Source: Lingula anatina
Lineage: Eukaryota; Animalia; Brachiopoda
Reading direction: 5' to 3'
Assembly (NCBI GenBank): GCA_051362555.1
Contig: CM120641.1
Coordinates: forward strand, 40,864,401 to 40,928,400
Length of the DNA: 64,000 nucleotides
Below the pieces are notes generated by a model that saw only the letters and a list, made by a program, of their open reading frames with translations, was not told where the DNA came from and made no database searches. The position numbers and the translations under genes are program-made. Position 1 is the stretch's first letter. The number at the start of each line of letters is the position of its first letter. Shown here piece by piece: positions 1 to 13,059 of this stretch.

Positions 1-195
1 ATCTATTACATATTTCATTGTTACAGCATATATTATAATACTTCATATTTCATATGAATTTCTATAACTTGATCTCCCAATCTTCAGTATAATGTGACAT
101 AGAGATTTAATTGATTTTTTTTTATAAAAGTGGTTGAGAAATATTAATAAAAACAAATTGACTTTTATTATTGGTAATATTATTAATATTTGTAG

Positions 196-1381
196 ACTGA
201 AGACTTTATGACTTGGATACCTACTGTGTTTGGGGCAGGGGGAGCTGTCGTTGGAGGTATGATATCAGACAGACTGGCAAGCAAATCGGGGATCACATCA
301 AGATTGAAAGTTTTAGTTCTTAGCCAGGTAAGTTTGTAAACAGTGAGCCTTTTTGTTGCTCTTTTGAAGCTTTTTTTCATTGTAATTTTTTTCACAGTAA
401 TCTTATAAAATCGTGATTGCAACTTTAAGTGGTGAGTCCAGTCAATAATTTTATCACCAGGTGAATTGAAGAAAATCAAAAGGCAAAGAGAAGAAATGGT
501 AGACAATAAATGATCAAAGATATTTGTTAGCTTAAACCTACTCTGTCTGGTCTGTCAGTGTTGCATATCTTCTGAAAGGTATGCATTTAATTGCCTTAGG
601 GAAAAACAATTATTCTCATGTGCTGTATGGTTTAAAGAAAAGCATAATTGCATGTAATTTTTGTCTACATGTTTATCATGTCTTAGTTTTTGCGAAAAGT
701 TCAGGTACAAAACAGCAGGAGCTTCTGATATCGAAAATAATAGTGCAAACACTTTTCAGTTTAAAAATACTTGCATAAACAATACCAATTCATTCAAAAG
801 ATGTAAATATAACATGCTGTAGTCATATTAGTTTTAAAAAAATTGAACTGACATCAGTTATACCTTATATTCATTTACTCACTTTTTATTCAAAATCATT
901 TCAGGTTGTTGCAGCCCCATTTGCTGTACTCACCCTGTACGTTGACCCTCCATTTGCCTTCATAATGCAGATTCCTGCCTTCTTCATTGGAGACATGTGG
1001 ATTGGCGTTTGCCTGGCTGTGGTGATAGATCTCACCCCGCCACAATTACGAACATCAGCCGTCGCCATTTACATGTTCATTATAACTGCTATTGGTGGCA
1101 ATCTGTTACTATTATTGCCTTCTCTATCGACAGCAATGAATGATATGAGAGGTGCCTTAGTTGTTCTATACCCAACTTTATTTGGGGCAAGTGCAGTGGC
1201 ATTTTTAGTGACAATCTTTGTCTTTTGGAACATTCAGAGGAAAAAAATGAAAGTGGTGCAGGAACGGACTCCACTAATATTAAACATCGAAGAAGATACA
1301 ACAGTGTCAAATGAGTCTCTTCATAATTTAGTTGATACCAGTGAGGAGAAGTATCTCAGTTTGGAAGCTTATGGATATTAA
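196..1381 (+). CDS. 3' part of a major facilitator superfamily (spinster-like) transporter; last two exons 196-327 and 905-1381, 5' exons lie upstream of the window
   Basis: AG/GT-bounded exons join in frame: ...GAVVGGMISDRLASKSG... (MFS motif-A-like G-x-x-S-D-R), PPQLRTSAVA loop, several hydrophobic TM helices and an acidic C-tail containing ERTPLI. Confidence 0.8.
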
Positions 1382-2347
1382 ATATTATTTTTACTGGTGT
1401 TTGTAAAATAAGGGATCATGTATTACATATAGCGTTAAAAGCTGCAGACTTGCCACTAATTTACACATTGTATAAATACTCGAGCATGTACATTTTTAAA
1501 ACTCCATTACATGTAGTGTCAGTTTGGTGGTATTCAAAACCATTCCAGCTCATTAATAAAATAGTAATGTTACTATGTGATATATTTCTAGTCATAGATA
1601 TTCTGCATAACCTTTTATGCTAAAAAGTTAATTAAAATTAAATATAATGGTTTCAATTGTTGTATCAATAAATTATGCACATATAGGCTTCTGTGATACT
1701 GCCTATGGTTATTTATGGTCTTTATTTTTAAATAAGTGAGATTCTTTGCACTTTGGTGTCAGTGGTTTAACATTTTTATTTCATCGTAAGAACGCACTCA
1801 AACTTGGTTACATATTTTTTCTAAGTATGCAAAGTATTGGACATTTGCTTAAGAGTTCAGTTCATTTTACTAAATACTAAAAAGTCATTTCAACAAATAA
1901 ATTCTGATAGGAGGGTGCTTTTTATCTTGCATTGAGTTACTGGTTTAAATAAAGCAAGTTTTTTATGATAGCTTCTTTTCCTCAATCAGGAAAGTGATTA
2001 AAAGTTATAACAAGCAGTTGAGATTTTTACAAAGTTGATATTATTGTAAATTAGACTGACTATGACAATATGATGGTTATTCCAAATTTAGGAAATAATT
2101 TTATTTAGCAGTCACCTGAACGAATGGGTTTTACCTGAATGGTTTATATATATATGACAGTGATCTCTCTGTCAGAATTGCAGATCAAACAGGTTTGGTG
2201 CAATATTGACAGTATTGTTTTATCATGTAACAAAATGTATGTTAAGTATATAGATATGATTAGCATTCTGTATTACGTGGAGCTTCTTAATTATGAAAAT
2301 AAAATGACTGTATGAACAAATTTTCATATTTGTGGAGTTGTATCAAA

Positions 2348-2571
2348 TACCCCATTTCCATAGATTTTAGATCTATCTATCCCTGTGGGGAGTCTCACTA
2401 GATTACTGTCAGCTTAGCCGGCTTAAGCATCTGTCCCGCCTACTAAAAGCTGTAAGGGGGTAATTAACTATGGTCGCACTCGGCTGACTGCAATTTAGCA
2501 TGAACCCCCAGGGAGTTAGGTCGATCTAAATCTTAATCTCTGGATCGATCTAAATGTCTGGGAATGCACCC
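2348..2571. mobile_element. MITE family A copy 1 (Tourist/PIF-Harbinger-like, non-autonomous)
   Basis: Close match to 6386-6611; imperfect terminal inverted repeats containing TAGATCGATCTA; AAA on both flanks (putative 3-bp TSD). Confidence 0.7.
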
Positions 2572-3569
2572 AAAGTAAAAAAAAAAATACATTTATCTTA
2601 ACCAGACAGATGACTACCAGAAGTTTGAGGGAAAATTATAGTTTTCCAGGTATCTTGAAAGCTGGGATATAGTGCATAAAAATTTTACCCGGTTTGTGTT
2701 ATCTCAAAAAGTTCTCCAAACATTTTGATAAAAATTTTCATGACAGTTATGCAAGAAGGAAGTGACAATGTCAACTGACGTAGGTCTCTGTATAGTTTTG
2801 AATAGCAAAAATACCACACGGTTGCCTTTCATATTTCCCAAAACTTATGTTTGAACAGATATTTTCTTATTTCTTTTTTTTATGATCCTCAGTCATTTCA
2901 CCAACTCTTTGCATAATGCTATTATATGAACAGCAGTAACGCTTAATACATTTCTAGTTTTACATTATGTGGCAGACTTTAATGAACTAAAAGGATAGAT
3001 AACTGGGTGAAATTAATGACCAAAAATTTTTATTTTGAGAGTGAAGCCTTAAAGATTTGTTTTTGCTGACTCAGTGATGAATTTGGTTTATCTTTTGTCA
3101 TGTGGGATTTATTTGAGTTGTATAAGAAACTGATAGTAGTGATTTATCTAGTTGCAAAAAATCTACACTCACATTTTCTGTTATTTTAATATCTTTATAA
3201 GATTAAAATTGTAGCTTGTATACTACCTTTTCACAACTTTGTGTCACATTTGCAGTATGTAGAAACAAAAATTGTCAATGGCAGAAATCTATAAATGAGG
3301 CCATTCCACCTTAGGAATTCATCAGAATTTGAATCAAGAAACAGAAATTATTTTCTGGAAAATAACTTTGAAATCTTTCTTGAATTTTTCTCATAACCTA
3401 GCAACATCCATCACAAAACACATCCAAAAGCTCCTGGGAAATCAATCCAAAAGACATTTGAACTTTTTAACAACTTAAGTGATGACAATGCCATTTTCTT
3501 TGCATTGAGAGAAATCTGGCTAAGGAAATAAATCTTTATAAGTGCTCTCTTTCTAGTATATGTCAGATA

Positions 3570-6319
3570 CTATAGATTTGTTTCAGATGCTTTCTTGTTC
3601 ACTGCCAGCCAATATGCTCTCAACCTTCGTAGCCACAAGTACCAATAATCATAGCACTGTCTTTTATTTATAACATGAGCATGTGCTGGCTCTCCATTTG
3701 GGTATGAAATAACTAGCAGTCCATAATCAACCTAAAAAAAATTGATAAGAGGTACTAGTAGATATGAAGGACTAAGGTACATCGAACATACTGATAGTTA
3801 AACATACTTTCAAAATAAAAAGCACCAAGGAGGAATACCATAACTGCACTTTTTATATGCATGAATGCAGACTTTAGAATAACTTGATCTTGAAGATGAT
3901 ATTAAAGGCATTCTTCACAGCCAAGCGAACTTTGACCAAGAAAGTCAAACTGATGTCACAAGATCGATCACAATTCTAAGAAAGGCATGGTGAGGATCCC
4001 ACATAAATTTGGATGGTTGAAATGGCATTGGACTTTTCTCAGTCTAAGAGTCCATTCACAATGAATTTATATCAACCTAGCTACTGCACACTAACTCCAC
4101 AGGGGCTCATGCTGAATGTAGTCAGATAAACAGACTGACACGCCTCCTCTTTTCTCCAACATACTTGAATAATCACCAGCTTTTCTGTATTCTACCCAAC
4201 ACCAGGAGGTGGCAAGACAATCCGTTAATCCAATTCCATTAAGCGAGTGTCCATGTAGAGTTGGTGTGCAGTAGCTAGGCCAAAAATTCATTTGGAGTCT
4301 AGTTGGTAACATGACCAAAGCATACTGTTCTCTCACCTTCACATCAAGGGTCTTGTCAAAGTTGACAGCTCCAATATAGGCAGCTATTTGCAAAGGGTTG
4401 TCATAAGTGTGATCGAGCAACTTCTTGGGTTTCTGAGAAGTCTTCCAGTCAATCACACAAAGCTTGTCCCTGTAAAGGAGGTTAAAATGTTAATTGGTTC
4501 AGGATTATTCTTTTTCTTCATATCATATAATTCATCAAGCAATGGATTGTGTCACACTGATTCCTTATAAATACAATGACCTTGTAAATGTTGGATGAGC
4601 TGCGCTAAATTATATTTCTCATGAAATGATCAAATTCAAATGAATTATTGTCAAATTAGTCACCCATTTTGTATGCGTCCATAGTAACTCAGGGTAATAC
4701 ACACACACTCAAACAAGACACCTCCACAATTTCATAACTTTGTCATATCATCAGAAGTCCTAGTACCTGTATCTCCCAATACAGTCAAACACACCCCCAT
4801 ACTGCAAATAAGGATGGTGAACGTTGCACTCCACAGCTTTCACATCTGTGATCTCTTTCAGTACTTTCTGAACACTGTCCCAGTAGCCTGTGATACTGGG
4901 CACCACAGGGACATCTTCCTCTGGAACACCCCCTAGATATGCCCTCAATGCTGAATGCAGGTTGTGACCTGTGCGAAATGTCTCTGGAAAAAATAGCAAT
5001 GTTTTGCTATAAAAGATGATGACAATAAATCTAATAAAATGTTATATAAAATCAATACAGTAATAGTATAAGAGATTTGGAAACAAAAAGAAGTTATTTA
5101 GTAATAAAGAGATTAGGAGAAAAAAATGTTTTTTTTCCTATGACTGAATTGAATGCCACAGGGAATGGAATGCCATGGCTTTTCTTTTCTTATTAATTTT
5201 GAAAATTAATTTCTAAATCTAATGAAATAATCCTGAAAAGAGCATTTTTTTCTGATGACAGGAAACCATTTTATCTTGATATAATTCAAGGATAAGTAAT
5301 ATGAACCAAGTAAGTACAATGTTAGTCTTTTTTCCCTTCATATTAGCCTTCCATACAGTGCACGGGATTAAGGTCTTTTTTAAAGTCTCTCTTTGTATAA
5401 ACCTGCTCTTATTTCCCAAATGAATAATTGCATTAAAATAATCTCTATTCTGTATATTTTGCGGCAAAAAGGGGATTGCTTTCAGAATAGCTAACCCATT
5501 ACTTCTAATCAACAAATTTTGATAGAATCACCACAGGGATGATATGCGTAAATTCTTTTGATTGTCAGACATCCACAAAATGTCAATTGCTTTTTATTGT
5601 CAAAATTGCCAATCATCCCTTTTTTTCCTGTTCAACTGAACATGCCCAAATCCAAATAGGACTTGATCCAGCCTCTGCCTGAATATAAATACCAAGTGAT
5701 CTCTAAATCAATGCTGTGAAATATCCTGAGAAAGGGTAAAATGAAAACTTTTTCAATCCTGTCCAAATTGCAGACATGTACATTTACTGAACTTTACATA
5801 CCGTCCATTATTTAAACACTGAATCTTAGTCAGTTTATCACCTCGTCTTTGCTCCTCAAATCCTTCTTCTCCTAGTTCTCTGATCATCCTCTTTTCCCAT
5901 TGCTTAAGAACATATATTTGTTCAGAGGGCATGGTAGCCTGCAGTATTTTAGTTACAGATGGTGCAGACTTCATGCTACTGGGGAGGTCAACTGTAGGTA
6001 GATTTACTTGACCTGCATCTGTTTGCAGGAGGGGAGAGAGGTCCCCATCTGTACCCTGCATCAAGGGGAAATGAAGAATTTGGTGCATAGAGTTTGTGCT
6101 AGTATCTTTTAGGATATTTGCTCTAGCTTTATTTTCTTCATGATTTCCAGTTGGTTTGGTGACATCTGCTTCATCGTTGTTGCTGGCACTGTTCAAAAAT
6201 CTTAAATTCAAATTCCATATGCACATTCCATGTTCTTTAAGTCTCAGTGTACAGAATAGATTGCTGGCCTTGGAGCCTCTTGTGAAGCATTGTGATGTTG
6301 GTAACATGACTGAAAACAT
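3570..6319 (-). CDS. MGME1: Mitochondrial genome maintenance exonuclease 1 (PD-(D/E)xK nuclease); coding exons 6319-5842, 4983-4767, 4469-4337, 3731-3570; probable 5'UTR exon with donor at 7367
   Basis: Spliced product has PSVTKIL, LKQWEKRMIRELGEEGF, GHNLH, YGGVFDC, VIDWKTSQKPK and TYDNPLQIAAY motifs typical of MGME1/Ddk1; N-terminus resembles a mitochondrial presequence; all introns GT-AG with consistent phases. Confidence 0.92.
4076..4279. mobile_element. MITE family B in an MGME1 intron
   Basis: ~30-bp terminal inverted repeat: CCTAGCTACTGCACACTAACTCCACAGGG at 4076 versus the reverse complement of CCATGTAGAGTTGGTGTGCAGTAGCTAGG ending at 4279; no coding capacity. Confidence 0.65.
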
Positions 6320-6385
6320 GCCTGAAACAAATTGAACAATACACTAACATTATGTTTGTACTAGTAAATGTACATGTACCATATA

Positions 6386-6611
6386 CACCCCATTTCCATA
6401 GATTTTTAGATCGATCTATCCCTGTGGCGAGTCTCACTAGATTATTGTCAGCTTGGCCGGCTTAAGCGTCTGTCCCGCCTACTAAAAGCTGTAAGGGGGT
6501 AATTAACTATGGTGCCCGCTCGGCTGACTGCAATTTAGCGTGAACCCCCAGGGAGTTAGGTCGATCTAAAACTTGATCTTTAGATCGATCTAAATCTCTG
6601 GGAAAGCACCC
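6386..6611. mobile_element. MITE family A copy 2 (in MGME1 first intron)
   Basis: Close match to 2348-2571; ATA on both flanks (6383-6385 and 6612-6614), a putative 3-bp TSD. Confidence 0.75.
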
Positions 6612-7413
6612 ATAGATGTTTATTTTCCTTTTATGTTGTAACTTTTGTTTCACTCTTGTTAACATACAAAGTGCACTTTGAAAATGTGCACTTTGATAAT
6701 GCCGACAATAGAAAAATGAAAATTTCACAAAAATTTTCATATATTCAAGAAAAAATAATAACCCAATCAAGCTGGTTTTCCAATTTGAGCTGCATTTCAA
6801 TCTTAAGAATCATTCTTTTAAGTAACAAAATAATTTTTTTACAATTTTGATGCAATATTACATAGAGATTAATAGCATAATCACCACTAATCTTTAATTA
6901 TGCACTGCAGGTAACCTGGATATTTAGAAAATATGACTGCCAAAGGTCTTCAGACCTAGCTATGAAAGTTCAAAGTCACACCTCGAAAATGCGAAATGCA
7001 AACAAGAGATAACTGTAATGAAATCAGTTTATTTCCATTTTAAACAATTTTAACATAATACAAAATAATCAATTTACTTTAATTTTTCGATGATCAAATA
7101 AGAAAGTTGCTGAGATGGGACACATCTGTGGCTGTACATAAACACAAAACAGCTGCTCCGCCTCCCCTCCCCCCCCCCCCCCCACCCCCGTTTCTCTCTT
7201 GATATTGATAATCTGCTTCTCTTCTTCTCTCATCTGACAGTAATCAAGACAACCCAACTGCAATTCCCGAGTAGCATATTGCATTCTGTGCAAGTGGCGG
7301 AATTAACACCCCTTATTAAATTGTGTAAGCAATGGAACAGCTTATTTTTAATAATTTCTTTACTCACAATGGCAACACAACTCTGAAACTCAACAATCCT
7401 TCTTACGCCGCAT

Positions 7414-7636
7414 GTTTTTATTCTTTTCAGCCTAACCTAAAACCCCAAGACGGTTACATCATTTTATTTTATTTATAAAGTCACAGATGAACATCAACCA
7501 TAAAATGCTGAATTTAAAAAGTAAAATTCTTATTGAGTGGTAAGTTAAAAGTCAAATAATGGATATTATTTAATCAAAAATCTTTAAATGTAAAGCGTTG
7601 AGATTATTTTACATCACGTGATCAAAGGCAGCAGCC
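7414..7636. promoter_or_regulatory. Bidirectional promoter shared by MGME1 and SNX6, with a palindromic E-box TCACGTGA at 7614-7621
   Basis: Divergent first exons only ~220 bp apart; the motif lies 16 nt upstream of the SNX6 ATG. Confidence 0.55.
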
Positions 7637-10600
7637 ATGATGGTGGGTGTGCAGGTGCTTCGTTTCTAAATTATTGACTTGTAAAGCGGTAAACCTGATT
7701 GTCGTTGGAAATGACAACAGTAGGTGGCGAATTTTTTTAATGCAACTGCGTATATCGTTTTTGAAATGTATTCTTGTTATGTTACAGGACGGAAGTGATG
7801 AAGGTCCTGACCTGTTGGCTGAGGACAAGGTAATTGTTGCTTCCTTGTTGTTAGTTGTTTTTTCTTTTCAAGCATATGTAGGGTAATAGGTATTATTGCA
7901 CCACATGTAACGACTAATATATTTTGCAGACAGTTAATAACATAGTAACTGTAACAATGAATCATACATAACCCTTATATATTTGGAATTCATGATGAGT
8001 CAGCTTGACATGAAAATGTAGGCTGGAAATGACATTTTAGCAGCTTGTGAATAAATTTTACGAACGGTGTTTTCTAATAAAAATAATAGTAATAATAATA
8101 ATGATGATGATGATGATGAAAATAAATGTTTTAGTTCATTGTCACAATTTAAGACACATTTACTATATGGATAATTATTTGTATTGAACATTTGTTTCTA
8201 GCCACGGTCAGTGTCTGTTGATCTTGAAACTGATACTTCGCTGCAAGTAGACATCTCTGATGCCTTGAGTGAAAGAGATAAAGTCAAATTTACTGTGCAC
8301 ACCAAGGTACATTTTGATTTGTTCATTTAAATGCACTTTTCCCAAATGTTTATTGTTTATTCCATTATCAATTAATAAGTGGGAAGAATATGTAAGCATT
8401 GTTTAATTTCATTGTTCACAGTATATTAAAGTTTTTTCTTGAATATGTAGTCATATGAAGTGATGTTTCTCTTTTCAGACCACCCTTCCTGAATTCAAGC
8501 AGCCAGAATTCTCAGTAGTACGACAGCACGAGGAATTTGTTTGGCTGCATGACAGATATAATGAAAATGAAGAGTATGCTGGTATTGTGGTAAGGAACAC
8601 ATCTTGGACTGTGTGTGTCATGTGAGCATGTGTATGAGCATGTCATGCATCAGAAAGTAATAGCTTACATTTCATTACTGAAGGGAAAATGCATTTTCTT
8701 AATAGGTAACTTGTCAATGATAAATTCAGATAAACAAGATTCAAGAAGTAAAGAGGCTATGGCTTTGAATGTGTTTTTTATTTAAGAATATATTAGCTCT
8801 GTATATGACTGATCATTTTTACATACAGATACCTCCTGCCCCACCCAGACCTGATTTTGATGCATCTCGGGAGAAGCTGCAGAGACTGGGAGAAGGAGAG
8901 GGAACAATGACCAAAGAGGAGTTTCAGAAGATGAAACAGGAACTAGAAGCGTTAGTATTGTAGTGAATTCCAAAACATATTGTTACTTGATTTGTATGCT
9001 GTGTGTGTGTGTGTGTGGGTGGGGGGGGGATTTGTGTGTGTATGTTAAAGTATGCGAAAAAATAATTTGTATTGCTGACATAAATAATTGATTGAAAACA
9101 TATAATTATAATGAAGCCAAAGTATTATTAACAGGTATTCCTTAATCTGTGTGTCTTTTGATTTATGATGTGAACGTACCCCATGTGTCAATTTCAGTGA
9201 GTACCTTGCAACATTCAAGAAGACTGTAGCAATGCATGAAGTTTTCTTACAGCGGTTAGCAGGTCATCCTCAACTTAGGAATGATGTCAATTTTAAAGTA
9301 TTCTTAGAATATGACCAAGATGTAAGTTTTTAATATCTCAGTTTTATTAAAGAATTCTGAAGAATACTAGCATAGCATTTTTTTAAATTGGCCTCAGACA
9401 GTTATTTGGAACAATTCATATTGTGAAAAGCACCTAAGTATTAACAGTAATTAGATAAAGTTTCATTTAATATCTATCAGATCATTACATGATGGAGTTG
9501 TTTCATATTACTCTTTAAATTTCAACAAAATGTCTTTTTAAATTATTAGTAATATCTGTAAATGCCAATTTTGAAATTGAAAAAGTAAGTTGATTCTCGT
9601 CAGGATCATTAGAAATGACATATTTAAAAAGTCTTTATAGCAAAAAAAAAAAAGGTGAAGCAGTTGAAAAGTTGTAACTGTTATTACAGAATGTAATTTA
9701 TCAAAGGGACATTGATTTAAGTATTATGTATTTTTTTTTTTCAGTTAAGTGTAAGAGGAAAGAACAAAAAAGAAAGAATAAGTGGCTTCTTCAAAAATAT
9801 GACAAAGACAGCAGATGAAGTTCTTCTCTCCAATCAAAAGGTATTGACATGGCCGTAGTTCACATCGTATTTGTTGACTTATTTATGACTCTATTAATGT
9901 TACTGTTTGGGTATCTCTGCTCTTATTTTAGGCAGCTACCTTATTTCATAGTATTTCATGACATTTCATGCCTGTGGTAGTGTTGCTTGTTTGTAGCTCT
10001 GTTCTCATTTTGTGAAGCTTTCATATTATTTTATGCACCATATTGTTTCTGATTGTGGCAGGATGTGGATGAATTCTTTGAGTCAGAGAAAGGTTTTTTG
10101 GTGGAGTATCATTCAAAGATCAAAGATGCCACGGCAAGAGGAGACAAGTTAACCAGGGCACATAAGAGTAAGTTTGCTCATCAGATATGAGAAACTTAAG
10201 TGTGTGAATGGTTTAAGTAATAAGATTTATCTTTACTTTTGATAATAAATAGAATTGCCTGTGACACGGCATAAATTCTTCTATGTCTTAATTGTATTTT
10301 ATATGGTAGTGTTTTTATTGCTGTGAGTCTTTGTACTTGCTTTTCATAACTATGCAAATGTCCTTTTCAGATGTTGCAGATTCCTACATAGCTATATCTT
10401 CTGGTCTTACACAGCTAGCAACAATAGAGAATACAGAATTAGATAAACTGTTTACTAAATTAGCAGAATTCTTTGAAAAGGCTCGGGTAAGAATACTTAC
10501 AATATATTTATTATACTTTTCTTTAAATTAACCTTTAGACTGTGTTTAATGTATTTGTTTTCATGACATGAAAAGTGAACTCAAACTGAAATATATAAGA

Positions 10601-11855
10601 TAGTATGAAAATTATAGAATGTAATTTTTCATTTCTCAGAAACTTGAAGGCAGAGTAGCTTCAGATGAAGACTTAAAACTTTCTGACACCTTGCGGTATT
10701 ACATGAGGGACTCCTCTGCTGGTAAAGACCTTTTGTATAGGCGGCTTAGGTCATTGGCTGACTATGAGAATGCAAATAAAGCCTTAGACAAAGCCAGGTC
10801 AAAGAACAAAGATGTACATACTGTGAGTATGCCAAATTTTGATTTTACAATATGTTTTACAGTTAGTTTAGAGGTAGACAATGGGATAAATGAAATAGAA
10901 TTTGCATAATGACCAGAAAAATCTTTTGGATAAGCTGTTGAATGAGTAAGGTCAAGTTGATGTGGAGCGTGAACAGGAAGGTATCAGAAGTATGATCAGT
11001 AAGTATAAGTAAGTACATGATTTGACTCCTGTACTTTTTAATCTGTAACTGGCATCTGAGGACCAGTATATGCACAGTTTTTTTTATTTTTTATTTTTTC
11101 ATCTTCTGTCTTTTTTGTTTTATAGGCAGAAACTCAGCAACAAGCTGCTTGTGATAAGTTTGAAAAGATTTCAGAAACAGCCAAAGGAGGTCAGTCTTTA
11201 AGACATTTTGATTTTAAAAGTACTTACAATCCACCATGCAAACTTTTGGACATATGTTAATTTGTATCAAGACATCATTTATTCACTGTAATTTTTTCCA
11301 CAGCAAAAGCAGTGACCCCAAATATATAATTTGCACATTATATACATACTTAAACTTTTCCTCCATGTCTTTCAGAGTTGACCAATTTTAAGACCAGAAG
11401 AATAGCCCATTTTCGTAAAAATATGGTAGACTTGGTGGAGTTAGAGTTAAAACATGCAAAGGTAACATTTAGTAATAAAGTTATTGGTTGTATATTTTCA
11501 CATTTTTTACACTGGTCTTTTTTTCTGTATTTCTGTAATTCCTCACTTAAATCATCAAGGTATGCTACAGTTGTCAAGATAGAAGGTGAAATAAGCAGAT
11601 TATTTGTATGAAAGGAACCAGTTTTAGAATTGTTTTTTAACTCTACACCTTCATTATGCCAGGTTTAAAACACACCTGGATTTTTTTAAAGACCTAATGT
11701 TTGGTCATTCACATTGTTTCTTAAGGACACTGGATGGTAGTGAAGTTTAGAAGGCATCCAGATAAATGGTAAAATATTGTCACCTCCACATTTTCTTTCA
11801 GGCCCAGGTCCAGCTGCTCAAGAATACGCTAGCAAATTTGAAAGAAGACTTGTAA
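7637..11855 (+). CDS. SNX6: Sorting nexin 6 (SNX5/6/32 family, PX-BAR); 13 exons: 7637-7642, 7788-7829, 8202-8306, 8479-8589, 8829-8950, 9198-9321, 9745-9840, 10062-10167, 10371-10486, 10640-10822, 11126-11189, 11376-11461, 11802-11855
   Basis: [77 protein letters not shown] and DEDLKLSD...[25 protein letters not shown] are hallmark SNX5/6 sequences; all exon phases are consistent. Confidence 0.96.
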
Positions 11856-13059
11856 AGGGCGTCATGTGGGAATAGTCATAAATGCAACTAAATTCTTGAA
11901 AGAAATTAAAGACTAACATAATTTTGTTTAAATGTAGACGGTGTGTTGAGAATCCCTCTTCAAATCACTCCCTTCTTAGATGTATAAAAAAAGTGATTGT
12001 ACATATAACATCAGCCTACTCTGCCTAAGCTATGGATAGATGAAGATGAAATGTTGCTGCATTGGCATTAAACTATCTTCCCTCCTTGGTGCTTTACTGT
12101 GGATACAAGGCAATACAAATGTCATTCTTGATGTGAACCTTTCCTAGGTTATAAGCTGTAATTGTGCATTTCATTTTTTTAAAGTTATGTTTGCACTGTC
12201 TTAGCTGTTATCATGTGAAAAAAATTGGTCAGAAAAAATTGAGAATATCAGCATTGTTATGATAGTTGAGGAGTGATAGTTGAAAGTTAACTGTCCATGC
12301 TTCAGTAGTTAAAGTTGATTTTCTGATCAACTGTTCTTTACTGTCCGGAATCTTTTATCATCAAGTCATTGACTACAATTACTCCCCTACAGGCGCTCAA
12401 TTATGGCATTCCATACTCTCTGTAATATATTTTATATTAATCTGGAATTTACATTTACCCCTGTAAAGGTAGATTTCACTGATATATCATTTCATAGTTT
12501 TTTTTAGCTTACAGTGTGTGGTAAAAAATGTACAGTAAAAAATGGGAAAAGGTTCAAAAGAAACAAATTGTTAATTTTGCATAGTCTGATAAGTATTCCT
12601 TTGGAATGCATTGTAGATAATTTAAGCACCCATTCATGTTGCAATTTGACAAATCTAGTAGAAAACTCCACAATATGTTGAAACTATTTTAAACTATTTT
12701 GAAATTTTATATTGCAGTTTCAACCAGGCTATAGTATCATGAAATGCTATGTAAATATATACCGATTTGAGAAATATTTTATTTTCTGTAGCATTAAAAT
12801 AAAAAACACATGTTGAAGACAGAGATGTTATTTTGCCCATCAATGATGATGATATTGTGTAGAACATCTAAATGTTGCAGGGTTTTGTTTGTATCAAGTA
12901 TATAAATTGATCACATGCACACAAATAAAATATATGTAATATGAAATGTGGTATGATTTATTTTAATTATAGAATTTTTTATTACAAAGATACACAAATA
13001 AGTGATTCATCCAGTATAAAAAAAATGTTTTGGTGCTTTCAAATTGTATGACACGTATT

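Noticed and set aside
2455-2480. TAACTATG segment reminiscent of the LSU rRNA homing-endonuclease/R2 target region
   Set aside because: Match is only ~8 nt and lies inside the MITE; no flanking rRNA similarity.
10823-11125. Possible C/D snoRNA in an SNX intron (vertebrate SNX5 hosts SNORD17)
   Set aside because: No clean RUGAUGA box C with a terminal stem, and no rRNA-antisense element recognised; an Infernal search would be needed.
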